Shown: positions 9,032-18,462, counted from the first letter of the stretch. The stretch: 64,000 bases of DNA from a virus (IMGVR_UViG_3300047478_000258:6566-70565), one strand, 5' to 3'. Translations and numbers: made by a program. Notes: generated by a model from the sequence alone, not told the origin.

Positions 9032-9328
9032 GCTCTTTACAAATGTTCCATTTATAATCTGTCCCTTTCTGTTCTTAATAACTCTGAAAGCCTGCTGTAA
9101 ACAGTATTCTATATCTACACCAGCAAGCTTACTAAGGATAATAAGGGTAACTGTGATATCTCCTATTGCATCTACTACTCCCAAAGTATCCTTGGTTGCT
9201 AATGCACTTGCCAACTCTCCTACTTCTTCTACTGTTTTAAGAAATTGCTTCTCAGGAGTTGATACTCCTTCTATGAATAAGCCTCTCTCTTCAGCCCAAT
9301 TCTCTACATTCTCTATCAGTGTTTGCAT
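9029..9328 (-). CDS. MazG-like nucleotide pyrophosphohydrolase
   Basis: KTVEEVGEL...DAIGD...IKNRKGQIINGTFVK. Confidence 0.9.
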   Translation of the reverse strand: MQTLIENVENWAEERGLFIEGVSTPEKQFLKTVEEVGELASALATKDTLGVVDAIGDITVTLIILSKLAGVDIEYCLQQAFRVIKNRKGQIINGTFVKS

Positions 9329-9542
9329 TCTACCTCCACATGGTCTATAAATCCTTGTTTATACATTACACAGCAGTCATCATTAGGTATATACCAAAAA
9401 CATAACTGCAGACAGTTTCTACAACATAACCACTCAACCACAGGGACAGAAGCATCCGTTTTGGGCTTCAACTCTTGAGTCATTTCCATCACACTCCTTG
9501 CCTAATTTATTGCACATAAGACAGCTTTCAAAGCCATCTATC

Positions 9543-10091
9543 TTAGCTGACAACTTCATCAAGTCTATCTCCAGATCCAGCAAGCTCCCCTTCTCTGCAT
9601 TCAGCATCGGTGCTTTCGGGTGTATCATCTCTATCCTCCACTGTTAGATTGTTATTAAGAACATCTGTTATGCTCTCTGCATACTTGGTAATAATAGGAG
9701 CACATAGACCCACTATCTTATTGCCTACTTTTACTACTATTGCAGCAGCTTCCCTGGTATAAAACTGGCATTTAGGAAAGAGCTCTTTGAACAATAAGTA
9801 ATACTCTTTCCTGATCTTTACATCACTATTGACAAACCTAAATGTATCCACATGGCTATTACCTACCATATGACCAGATTCTACTACTTTAATAGACTTC
9901 TTAAGGTTTTCTGTATCACACCCTATAAGCTCATCTATTACAACTGGGCATTCTTCTGCAGGAACATCAATATCTGCCAACCAATCAGGCATACCACCAT
10001 AGACCAAGAAGTATCTTGATCCCCAGCAGTTCTTGCCCTTAACTTTAGTGAAAACGTTTTCACCTACCTGAAACAGGTTCTTCCTTTCCAT
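9543..10091 (-). CDS. Hypothetical protein
   Basis: 182-aa ORF with AAGGAG RBS. Confidence 0.65.
   Translation of the reverse strand: MERKNLFQVGENVFTKVKGKNCWGSRYFLVYGGMPDWLADIDVPAEECPVVIDELIGCDTENLKKSIKVVESGHMVGNSHVDTFRFVNSDVKIRKEYYLLFKELFPKCQFYTREAAAIVVKVGNKIVGLCAPIITKYAESITDVLNNNLTVEDRDDTPESTDAECREGELAGSGDRLDEVVS
10049..10062. repeat. TGAAAACGTTTTCA palindrome 5
   Basis: Intragenic (ENVF). Confidence 0.95.
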
Positions 10092-10461
10092 TCTTAATCT
10101 CCTTTTCTATTCTTGTGGGGTCATTAGCCAAATAAATCCTAACATAAATATTCCTGCTGGTAATGAGTTCATCCAAAAACCAAAACTTGTTGCTGTAATT
10201 ATCCAAAATATAAATTTTAAATAGGCAATAGCCCCTCTTGCTACATCTGCATCCATATTTCTCTCCTTTATTCACATTTAGATAGAACATACTTGCTTGA
10301 GTCTTTCTTTAAAAATGTATCATGACAGTTTGAACACCATATCTTTTCATCTATTTCACTTGATTGACCCTGCATGAGCCTGCATTTGGGGCAAAGCCAT
10401 AAGACTAACAACGGTTTTTTGTCCATATTCACTCTCCTTTATTATTAAGATAACAGCATTA

Positions 10462-10500
10462 TACGCACAAAATGACGCAATATACGCCATTTTGTGCGTA
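10462..10500. repeat. 13-bp perfect inverted repeat TACGCACAAAATG/CATTTTGTGCGTA
   Basis: Intergenic, directly downstream of the DUF2997 gene. Confidence 0.75.
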
Positions 10501-10506
10501 GTGTGC

Positions 10507-10701
10507 TTATCTCTTAATACGCTGCACAGGAACTACTCTGGCATATTCAGGCTTAACCTTGTCAGATACTTTTGACAAGCCAAGAAGGGAAGATAAGTCA
10601 CTTACATCTATGACACACTTGCCTCCCTTATAGTTCATGGCTTCCATAGTGATATTGCCTGTCTCTTGGTCGATCTCTACTATCAGCTCAGGTGTATTCA
10701 T
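10507..10701 (-). CDS. DUF2997-like protein
   Basis: IxVEID..GNITMEAMNYKGGKC...KPEY pattern; follows DUF1257 gene. Confidence 0.75.
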   Translation of the reverse strand: MNTPELIVEIDQETGNITMEAMNYKGGKCVIDVSDLSSLLGLSKVSDKVKPEYARVVPVQRIKR

Positions 10702-11060
10702 TATGCCACCCTCCTTAATGAGATTCTCATCTTGTTACCCACTACTTTCTTCTCATTGAGCTTGTATCTGCCTCTTGTCCTCTTCTCGATGAGCCTCTCA
10801 AAGTAAGTGGACATGACCTGACCATACTCTTTGCCATCAATATGATCCATCATAACAGTAGTCTTGTCCTTACCCTTGATAAAGCCAATCTCTCTGTTTG
10901 AATTTCTGCACTTTATGACAAGATCACATACTTCCTTAGTCTTGTCATAATACATCTTTGCTGTTCTGTTCCTGTTAGTAGTATATCCCAGCTCAAAACA
11001 GGCATCTTCAAGGATATCAAAGTCAACTTCAGCTAAGTCTACGTTTCTTGTTACACTCAT
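10701..11060 (-). CDS. DUF1257 (Ycf35-like) protein
   Basis: MS...D.DILEDACFELGY...DLVI...IGF pattern; context with AAA and DUF2997. Confidence 0.7.
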   Translation of the reverse strand: MSVTRNVDLAEVDFDILEDACFELGYTTNRNRTAKMYYDKTKEVCDLVIKCRNSNREIGFIKGKDKTTVMMDHIDGKEYGQVMSTYFERLIEKRTRGRYKLNEKKVVGNKMRISLRRVA

Positions 11061-11062
11061 GA

Positions 11063-11356
11063 CTACCTCCTGTCTATGATTATACGATATTGATCTGGAG
11101 TGCTATGAAAGCTATATACCAGACCTTCCCCTTCTATCTTAGTAAGAATACCTTCCATAACAAGTCCAAAAGGAGTAAGAACCTCTTTATCATCAAGTTT
11201 AACGTCAGTCTGAACATCCTGATATTCCTCACTGGTAATCCTTGTAGGATCATCTATATGCTTTCTTCCCCATCTTACATGGTAACCTTCATACCAGTTC
11301 TTTGTTCTCTTATACTTCTTTTTCTTAACTGTTGCCATTTCTTCTCCTTTTACCAA
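11063..11356 (-). CDS. Hypothetical protein
   Basis: ORF with basic N-terminus. Confidence 0.6.
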   Translation of the reverse strand: MVKGEEMATVKKKKYKRTKNWYEGYHVRWGRKHIDDPTRITSEEYQDVQTDVKLDDKEVLTPFGLVMEGILTKIEGEGLVYSFHSTPDQYRIIIDRR

Positions 11357-11568
11357 TAAATAGTATCTTTAAGGGTTATTACGCAATTACTAAGGATAGG
11401 ATCATTAATAATCTCTTCTACTTCACTTGGATGTAGAGTTTGGGATATTTGACCATTAGTGAATTCATAGCCACTTGGGTTACTTCCTATATAGGTTATG
11501 ATTTCACCTAACTGGTAAGCATGGCTATATGTTCCTGGTGCTACTATTACTCTGAATTGTCTTGGCAT
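11350..11568 (-). CDS. Hypothetical protein
   Basis: 72-aa ORF in operon. Confidence 0.55.
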   Translation of the reverse strand: MPRQFRVIVAPGTYSHAYQLGEIITYIGSNPSGYEFTNGQISQTLHPSEVEEIINDPILSNCVITLKDTIYW

Positions 11569-11571
11569 AAA

Positions 11572-12033
11572 TCACCATATCAGTCCAGCATTATGAGAAT
11601 CCATCTTCTCTGTTACTGGAGGTCTAATGAGTTTATACGTAATTCCCCCAAATGCAGCATGGTTTATGTCAGTAATTACATGAGCTCTTCCCTCAAATCT
11701 CCCAAATCCCTGATATCCTGTAAGAGATATCTCTTCTCTCATTGACCATACATCCAGTTCAATATTAGCCTCATTTGTTGCTCTTCCACCAACTGTATAT
11801 ATGAACCTGACTCTTAGTATAAATGGCTGCAGGATCTTAACAGTACAATGAACAATCCTATTGCCATACTCTGTTGATTCTGGTTTAGTATACACATTTT
11901 TGGTAAAAGGATTTCTTTCTATACTAAAGAACTTATTTGTAGGAGAGACAGCAAAGAAATAAGCTCTCAATGCCTGCCTGCCTGTTGTTCTCATCTCTCC
12001 ATATTCTAGTGTTAGTATGTCATTTTCTGCCAT
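11572..12033 (-). CDS. Hypothetical protein (C-terminus SHNAGLIW)
   Basis: 153-aa ORF, AAGGAG RBS. Confidence 0.7.
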   Translation of the reverse strand: MAENDILTLEYGEMRTTGRQALRAYFFAVSPTNKFFSIERNPFTKNVYTKPESTEYGNRIVHCTVKILQPFILRVRFIYTVGGRATNEANIELDVWSMREEISLTGYQGFGRFEGRAHVITDINHAAFGGITYKLIRPPVTEKMDSHNAGLIW

Positions 12034-12042
12034 CTCTACTCC

Positions 12043-12696
12043 TTAAGGAGAAGGAAGAATACCTTTATCCTTATTTTCATAGGTTGATAAAAAGTCCAGC
12101 ATTATGAATTCCAGGCACTGCCCTGGTAATGCTGAACCACCCAGCATGATTTGAGCCTCACGCATTGCATGATCGTATGACTGCTTCTGCTCATCTATCA
12201 GCTTAATAGTAATACTATGAGTAGTAACAGCTCTTCCACCTACTACATCTACTCTATTCTTGGCAACAATCTCTTTAAGTTCAGAGACTGTCTTGCTCTT
12301 AGCATCTGCAAGAATAAGATTGAGCTTATCAGATGTAATTCCATCTTCTGTAAGCAAAGGCATGACAGTCTTGAACTTAGTCCAATCAGTAATGCCCTCA
12401 ATCTGCTCTGTTGTAATGCCCAAGCTAACAATAGTCTTACCTATTGCAACCTTATGACGCATATTACGATACTCTAAGCCAAGTTCCTCTTTGGCATAGT
12501 GCTCCATAGATTCATAATCATACTCTTCATAGAGCCTTCCTGACTCAATAAGATAGAGGTTCTTATATACGATAAACCAATTCTTATTGATAGACTCTAT
12601 ACAGTCTTTGGTTTCATCTCTGATATCCTTCTCTTCAGTCTTAAAGATTCTCTTTGTCGTTGCTGCCTGTATTGTTCCTTGTTGTAATCTAGCCAT
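12043..12696 (-). CDS. DUF3102-like helical putative DNA-binding protein
   Basis: LYLI....LY...Y.SM..Y...ELG..YR pattern. Confidence 0.5.
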   Translation of the reverse strand: MARLQQGTIQAATTKRIFKTEEKDIRDETKDCIESINKNWFIVYKNLYLIESGRLYEEYDYESMEHYAKEELGLEYRNMRHKVAIGKTIVSLGITTEQIEGITDWTKFKTVMPLLTEDGITSDKLNLILADAKSKTVSELKEIVAKNRVDVVGGRAVTTHSITIKLIDEQKQSYDHAMREAQIMLGGSALPGQCLEFIMLDFLSTYENKDKGILPSP

Positions 12697-12902
12697 TAGT
12701 CGTAGATCTCCTTTTTATGGATTGTTATTCCTTGTAAAGCAGCGAGAGTACTACCTGATACTATTGCCTCTTCCTTTGTATTGAACTTCTCATGGGATGT
12801 AATATCAACCTTATCCCATGCGTCAACTAGATCCCATGACCAATCATAATAAACTTGGTCATCTTTTACTTTGGTATAACGATAAATCTCAAGAATTGCC
12901 AT
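12696..12902 (-). CDS. Hypothetical protein
   Basis: 68-aa ORF with RBS. Confidence 0.6.
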   Translation of the reverse strand: MAILEIYRYTKVKDDQVYYDWSWDLVDAWDKVDITSHEKFNTKEEAIVSGSTLAALQGITIHKKEIYD

Positions 12903-12904
12903 AT

Positions 12905-13252
12905 CTATCTCCTTGCTTTGAAAGAATACTTCTTTGTAAAGACAGGTTCTTCTGAACAGATATCTATGAGTTCATCACCCATATATAACTTGCATCTCTC
13001 TTTTACTATTGTAATTACTGATAAGAATTGCGGGAGCTTCAGGTTATTATACACCTTTTCGGGGTTTAGTTTCACTGTTGCTACGTCAGAAATAGTAACT
13101 GCTCCATCATTTCCAACATGAGTTCCTGATGGAAGATCCAACAGCTTCAGCTCCGCTAACTTTGCTTCCTTCTTTGCTCCCAGCTCTTTGATGGTCTTGT
13201 CCAGGACAAATAACTCATCAATCAAATAATCTAACGGTAATTCTTTTCCCAT
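12905..13252 (-). CDS. Hypothetical phage protein
   Basis: 115-aa ORF with RBS. Confidence 0.65.
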   Translation of the reverse strand: MGKELPLDYLIDELFVLDKTIKELGAKKEAKLAELKLLDLPSGTHVGNDGAVTISDVATVKLNPEKVYNNLKLPQFLSVITIVKERCKLYMGDELIDICSEEPVFTKKYSFKARR

Positions 13253-13269
13253 GATCTCTCTCCTTTGGT

Positions 13270-13506
13270 TTAGGTTAACATTGGTATCCCTTTTTCTCTG
13301 AATAACTGTAATGCTTCAGCTCGTATTATTGATGCTTTAATCTTGCTATAGTTATGCAAGAATAAGACTGCTACTTTTGTGTGTTCTGTTACTGGTAACT
13401 TTCTATCTAATACTCTATTTATCTCCCTAAGAGCTAGAAGATAGGTCGCTTCCAACGTTGCTTCTGCGTTTTCTTGAGTCGAACACTTTCTTGTTCTTTT
13501 TGCCAT
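13270..13506 (-). CDS. Hypothetical protein
   Basis: 78-aa ORF, AGGAGG RBS. Confidence 0.6.
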   Translation of the reverse strand: MAKRTRKCSTQENAEATLEATYLLALREINRVLDRKLPVTEHTKVAVLFLHNYSKIKASIIRAEALQLFREKGIPMLT

Positions 13507-13861
13507 TGAATACCTCCTTGGTTACTCGTTTAATGGTTCTTTTTAGTAATAAGATTTTTCTATACTTTCTTAGAATCTTATCAGTACTCATTTCTTTTGG
13601 TAAATCACCACTTTGTACATTAAAAGATAAAGCAAAAAATACTTTAGCCATAGATAAAACACATACTTTTCTATTTTTTTCATTATATTTTCGACTTGAT
13701 TCTGAAAACACTTCTGTATTTTTCATAATCTTATAATGGTTTTTTGAGTAGTTACGATGCCACTCTTTTTCGTACTTGCTACGACATGGAATACATCTTA
13801 ATGTCTTACTTCGTTGTTCCTTATTAAACTCTGTATTACAATCAATACATTTTACTATCAT
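13427..13861 (-). CDS. Basic Zn-finger protein
   Basis: CIDC...CIPC; start after GGAGGAGG that abuts the palindrome. Confidence 0.6.
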   Translation of the reverse strand: MIVKCIDCNTEFNKEQRSKTLRCIPCRSKYEKEWHRNYSKNHYKIMKNTEVFSESSRKYNEKNRKVCVLSMAKVFFALSFNVQSGDLPKEMSTDKILRKYRKILLLKRTIKRVTKEVFNGKKNKKVFDSRKRRSNVGSDLSSSS

Positions 13862-13870
13862 ACCTCCTCC

Positions 13871-13884
13871 TGAAAACGTTTTCA
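13871..13884. repeat. TGAAAACGTTTTCA palindrome 6
   Basis: Between stop and GGAGGAGG RBS. Confidence 0.95.
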
Positions 13885-13888
13885 TTGT

Positions 13889-14182
13889 TTATACGATAAT
13901 GCCAAGATATCCATCTTCATATATCTTGACTTCCATTTCTGATACTCTCCATTGTTCCATTGTGAGAACAGTGATACCAAGATTAACATTCCTATAATAA
14001 GACTCATTTTCCGCCCACAAACCTCTGTAGTTTCCTAATCGTAAACAAAGATTAGGATACGATTTAAAAGTTAAAAAAGATTCAGTAGTAGATCCTTCCC
14101 AACCCTTTTCTTGGTAGTAAGTTATTACTTCCAATCTCTCTTCTTCTGTTGTAACTCTTACTACTTCTGTTACCATTTTCAT
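13889..14182 (-). CDS. Hypothetical protein (C-terminus DGYLGIIV)
   Basis: 97-aa ORF; similar layout to the next ORF. Confidence 0.65.
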   Translation of the reverse strand: MKMVTEVVRVTTEEERLEVITYYQEKGWEGSTTESFLTFKSYPNLCLRLGNYRGLWAENESYYRNVNLGITVLTMEQWRVSEMEVKIYEDGYLGIIV

Positions 14183-14191
14183 AGTTGCTCC

Positions 14192-14497
14192 TTAGAAGAC
14201 AATGCCAAAATTATGATCTGGCATTTTTGGTTTTTCAATAACAGGTTTATGTAACTCAAGGTAGGCTTCAAATGAAATAACAATATATTCTTCTTGTTGG
14301 AACCAACTTTCTGCACTATGAGACATATGATGCCCTAATTCGTTTCCTATTAAGAGAGTATCTCTTACTCCTTCAATAATTCTGCCACTTCTAACATATT
14401 CTGCTCTTTCACCCTCTATCTTACAAACTTCATCCCACTGATTTTGGGATCTTACTCTTACTGCTAATTTAGAAGGATATTCTTGCATAGCGTTCAC
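14192..14497 (-). CDS. Hypothetical protein (C-terminus PDHNFGIVF)
   Basis: 101-aa ORF. Confidence 0.65.
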   Translation of the reverse strand: MNAMQEYPSKLAVRVRSQNQWDEVCKIEGERAEYVRSGRIIEGVRDTLLIGNELGHHMSHSAESWFQQEEYIVISFEAYLELHKPVIEKPKMPDHNFGIVF

Positions 14498-14498
14498 C

Positions 14499-14527
14499 TT
14501 GACTTATTAGAGTTAATACTATATTCT
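14499..14527 (+). promoter_or_regulatory. Sigma70-type promoter TTGACT-17-TATTCT, leaderless
   Basis: ATG at 14534 lies 6 nt after the -10 box; no RBS. Confidence 0.65.
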
Positions 14528-14533
14528 TCTTTT

Positions 14534-15067
14534 ATGGCTGATGTAGATATAGAACAGGTATATAAACTCACCTTAAAGAAGAACACCCCTGCTGAAATTG
14601 CATTGATTATGGGCTGCAGCGATACCCATGTACGTAATATAATAGATGAACACCTGCCTTTTCTTAAAGATTTAGATATCTATGAGAAGCATAAGACAGA
14701 CATAATGAAGGGAGTTCAGAAAATGTCTCTGAATTACCTTATAAAGAAGATGCCTAATGCCTCTTTCAAGGATCTAACATACTTCTTCGCTATTGTTGAA
14801 GATAAAATAAACCTTCGAGAAGGAAAATCAACCCAAAATATAGGAATTGGGCTGAATATACGTCTTGAAGACTTAGTTACCAAGAAAGAAAAGATGGAGA
14901 AAGAGCTACTTTCCAGTGGTATTGCACACAGCCAGTTGGCATATGAAATAACAAAGAAAGTAGCCCTTCCAGAGATTACCAATCTTCCCTTTTACGAATT
15001 AAGGGAGGGTAACTTGCCAAAATGCACTCCTGTTTCTTTAGAGCAGTTAATGTCTCCTCTCTTTTGA
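14534..15067 (+). CDS. HTH protein, terminase small subunit-like or regulator
   Basis: HTH TPAEIALIMGCSDTHVRNII; AIVEDK..L.EGKSTQNI motif; lone plus-strand gene in the early region. Confidence 0.6.
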   Translation: MADVDIEQVYKLTLKKNTPAEIALIMGCSDTHVRNIIDEHLPFLKDLDIYEKHKTDIMKGVQKMSLNYLIKKMPNASFKDLTYFFAIVEDKINLREGKSTQNIGIGLNIRLEDLVTKKEKMEKELLSSGIAHSQLAYEITKKVALPEITNLPFYELREGNLPKCTPVSLEQLMSPLF

Positions 15068-15330
15068 CAACAGCTAAGTCCATAAGATATTCCATCTCAT
15101 GGATTGCAGAATCTACTGATAAGCTTAGGTCTACTTCATCAAACCAAAAAATATGATTATCCTCTATCCTTTCGTGCTTACCCATTTTACCTCCTCTGGG
15201 ATCATACCCAATTCTCTTACAGGAACAACACATTCTGCACAGTAATATACTTTTTCACAACCAAGCTTATAGAAATATACTGCGTCTTTTCCACACAAAT
15301 GACATTTAGCAACCACTATTGACCTCCTTC

Positions 15331-15552
15331 TTATTTGGGGTGTGAAAGAAAGTCTATTGATTCTTGCATATCAACAATATCTCTCTCAGACTCATATATA
15401 ATTCTTGCTTGTTGGTCAATCACATTGCAAAGAGAATCAATTACAGCCAGAATTCTGGCATCTGTCTTCGTGTAGTCTGATACTTCAGGTGGAATAGTAG
15501 AAATCATCTTCCGCACTTGTTCTGTTATCCTAATATCTCTCTCATCTTTCAT
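15331..15552 (-). CDS. Hypothetical protein
   Basis: 73-aa ORF with AGGAGG RBS. Confidence 0.6.
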   Translation of the reverse strand: MKDERDIRITEQVRKMISTIPPEVSDYTKTDARILAVIDSLCNVIDQQARIIYESERDIVDMQESIDFLSHPK

Positions 15553-15553
15553 A

Positions 15554-15754
15554 TCAATCCTCCTTTCTGGTTATGCGTGATAAGTAGCCAAGATAGCACA
15601 TTCTTATGTTTGTTCTTGAACAGTTATATTTGTTCATTAAAAATGCATCTATCTCGTCAACATCATCGTCTTGGTGGTCATTGATATAGTCAATGATTTC
15701 TTTTCTTTCTGTGTCAGTCAGCTCCCTGCCATTTCTAATTAATCCCAGTCTCAC
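15554..15754 (-). CDS. Small HTH-like protein
   Basis: LTDTERKEII...KYNCSRTNIR pattern. Confidence 0.45.
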   Translation of the reverse strand: MRLGLIRNGRELTDTERKEIIDYINDHQDDDVDEIDAFLMNKYNCSRTNIRMCYLGYLSRITRKED

Positions 15755-16124
15755 CTTATACCTCCTTTTCTTCTATTTTTTCTATACCATCAATACAATC
15801 CCATATTGCCCATTCATCTTGGTCTTCTTCCCAGTCTTTTTTACAACTATCACTACAAAATTCTAAACCAGGAATTTTTAGTCCTTTTACATTCCTATAA
15901 ACATATTGCTTACACCATTTACAATACATCTTTCCTTTTCCTTTAAAATTAAAGAGTTAATATAAGGGAAGGAGGCTAATAAGCTACTATTAGCCCCCTA
16001 TACCTAAAATAGCTCACAACTACTTAAGAGTTATGAGTGTATATAAAACACGATACTATCTCAGGAGAATTGCTATCCCTACAACTGCCAGGATAATAAG
16101 TTCTCCGAACATGATCTCCTCCTT

Positions 16125-16244
16125 TTAGAATAGCCATAATTGCTCAGGCTGCTCAATAGCATCCTGATACTGATCGAAGCTAATATACCCTTCTAAATGG
16201 AGGATGAAGGGATGCAGCTCATCTAAAGAGCCAATATGTTTCAT
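16125..16244 (-). CDS. 39-aa peptide ending QLWLF
   Basis: MKHIGSLDELHPFILHLEGYISFDQYQDAIEQPEQLWLF; AAGGAGG RBS. Confidence 0.6.
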   Translation of the reverse strand: MKHIGSLDELHPFILHLEGYISFDQYQDAIEQPEQLWLF

Positions 16245-16680
16245 AATTCCTCCTTCATAGACTTTTCAAAGCTATACCTTCCAAGTTCAGCTTTGAGTGC
16301 TTCTTCTGCCTCCTCCTTTCTATCAATTATAGGGGAATAATCCCCTTGCCAATGCCTACCTCTCTGGATATGCTTGATTGGATCTTGAGTTGCTTTGAGG
16401 GTTAGATATCTCATTGTATCTCCTCATAACTGTTGACCATTTAAGGTCTTTTAGGGTTTCTCTTAGCTCCCTGATAATAGTATCAAAGAACGCTCTCTCC
16501 TGAGCTGACATCTCTCTCACCTCCTTACATAATGCTTACATATCTCTCCTAAAAGGAGCTCGTCTATATCTAAATTCTTAAAGATATAGCAAACGGAGCG
16601 GTGGATACACTGGAAGCATGAGTCTGGATCTTTGGTAGGGCAATGATCTGGATGCATATTTACACCTCCTTTTTACTTAA

Positions 16681-16694
16681 TGAAAACGTTTTCA
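16681..16694. repeat. TGAAAACGTTTTCA palindrome 7
   Basis: Intergenic, paired with copy 8. Confidence 0.95.
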
Positions 16695-16785
16695 GAGCTT
16701 TATCCACTCTGGGCAAGTTACTACATCCAGTGTAGTTTTAACCCCTGAGTGCTGCCAAGGCAAAAGGCCACAGGCTCCGCTTACC

Positions 16786-16799
16786 TGAAAACGTTTTCA
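16786..16799. repeat. TGAAAACGTTTTCA palindrome 8
   Basis: Intergenic. Confidence 0.95.
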
Positions 16800-16850
16800 T
16801 TAAATAACCCAGATTCTGTTGCCAAGCTCTGGGTAAGCTCCGAATCTCAT

Positions 16851-17123
16851 TCATTTATAGGATATCCCACTCTTTTTGCAATTAGGAGTAAAGAAGAACC
16901 CATCACATGGACCTTTATCCCTATCGCAAAAGAGATAAGAATGTGACTTGTTATACAAACCAAGATCACAATCTCCAAGAACAGGGCGTACCATTTTTCC
17001 CCCATTCTTGGTTTCTATCTCTTGATAAGAGTGTGGGCATCTTACATAATGTGTCTTAATCTCAATGACTAAGCTCATTCTGCTGCCCTCTCCTACTACA
17101 TATGATCTATGCGTATTAATCAC
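16851..17123 (-). CDS. Cys-rich hypothetical protein
   Basis: ORF with several Cys; start uncertain. Confidence 0.5.
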   Translation of the reverse strand: MINTHRSYVVGEGSRMSLVIEIKTHYVRCPHSYQEIETKNGGKMVRPVLGDCDLGLYNKSHSYLFCDRDKGPCDGFFFTPNCKKSGISYK

Positions 17124-17644
17124 CTCCTCCTTTTAAGAGTTAATCTACAAGAATCCTCTCTTCTGAACCTATGTAGGTTATTACACAGGTGAGTCCTATC
17201 TGCTTTGCTCCATCCTCAAAGATCTCAGCATCTGGTAAAGTTTTAAAGAAAGCATACTTAGGAACTGAATCCTCTTCTAAATCATAAGTGTAAGCCTTCC
17301 ATTGATATTCCACTTTAATTCCCCCTTTTTTAAGCAAATAATACGATCATTACCATAACAAAGGTAATGAGAGCCCATACTCCAACAATAGTCTCCCAGA
17401 TAAACTCCCTAATCTGTGTTTTCATTGTATTTCTCCTTTTAGCTCAGTTTCTTGATGATTATCCCTATTACATAGAAGATAACCATGGTTAATACAATAG
17501 GTAGTAAAGAGAGTGCCATGCTTACCATACATAGAAGCATAACTACAGCGAATACTCCTAAGAATATGTTGCCTATTACATCTTCGCAGAAACTCATGAT
17601 TGAAATATCCTCCTTGTTTTGTATTCAAGTATAGAACTATGAAG

Positions 17645-17658
17645 TGAAAACGTTTTCA
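17645..17658. repeat. TGAAAACGTTTTCA palindrome 9
   Basis: Near the centre of imperfect inverted repeat 17617-17681. Confidence 0.95.
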
Positions 17659-17791
17659 TCGTTCTATATTTAGATACAAAAAATGGGATTCGCTATTGCT
17701 GATATAATATTAAAGAGGCAGAAGTCTTTGTATATAGGTTCTTCTTTATAATAGATTTTGTTTATCCATTTTCTTTGTCTCTTGGATACAC

Positions 17792-17830
17792 AAAAAAAGG
17801 GTGAGAGGGGCTTTCGCCCCCCTCTCTTTC
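17792..17830 (-). terminator. Rho-independent terminator
   Basis: GAGAGGGG..GCGAAAGC..CCCCTCTC stem followed by T7, downstream of 17835-18137. Confidence 0.8.
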
Positions 17831-17834
17831 AATA

Positions 17835-18137
17835 CTACGAATCCCCAAGAAGCTCCTTAGCCGATGCGGAAGCCCGCATCTCTTCCCCTTTGGCCTTCCT
17901 GTTAGCAATAACCGTTTCCATATCCTTCTCAGGACGGACACTGTGAAAGCTATCCTCTGTGAGATATGGACCAAACTTACCAGTTTTGAGACCAATCTGA
18001 AGAAAAACGTGTCCTGCACTCTTCGCTGCCTGGCAGATGCCCAACAGATAGTCAACACTAACAACGTTCCCCTGCACTACGTCTGACTTCGCAAATCCAT
18101 TCCCAACAACTCTGAACTCAACATTCTTCTTTTCCAT
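17835..18137 (-). CDS. First leftward early gene, hypothetical
   Basis: 100-aa ORF, GGAGG RBS, own terminator. Confidence 0.75.
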   Translation of the reverse strand: MEKKNVEFRVVGNGFAKSDVVQGNVVSVDYLLGICQAAKSAGHVFLQIGLKTGKFGPYLTEDSFHSVRPEKDMETVIANRKAKGEEMRASASAKELLGDS

Positions 18138-18201
18138 ACTACACCTCCAGTTAGATAAGACAGCACATAAGTCTGTCTTTCTTTATTATACAAGCACTTA
18201 T

Positions 18202-18236
18202 GCACGGTGCGGGGCCGTAAGGCCCCGTGCCGATGC
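18202..18236. other. GC-rich hairpin GCGGGGCC-GTAA-GGCCCCGT at the transcription divergence
   Basis: Strong stem-loop in a CpG-rich patch. Confidence 0.65.
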
Positions 18237-18462
18237 CAATATACCCAACGCCAATCAAACCCATACCTACCATCCGTAATCGGGTTCTAATAGCATAGTG
18301 CAACACCTCTAATAGATCGCTGTCCCTATACATACCCAGCCTATTTTATACTTTACCTACTCATATGTGACCTAAAATATACTTTATCTAAAAATTTTGT
18401 ATAAGAATTTTATACAACTGCCTAATTACTCCCATGTTTTTTAGGCAGATTTGAAATTCCTC

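Larger units (their letters stand above)
16677..16803. repeat. 19-bp perfect inverted repeats (TTAATGAAAACGTTTTCAG) bracketing a structured spacer
   Basis: 16677-16695 is the reverse complement of 16785-16803; contains two copies of the palindrome. Confidence 0.85.

Noticed and set aside
13427-13885. ORF start at 13885 (MKTFS)
   Set aside because: This ATG overlaps the palindrome; GGAGGAGG points to ATG 13861
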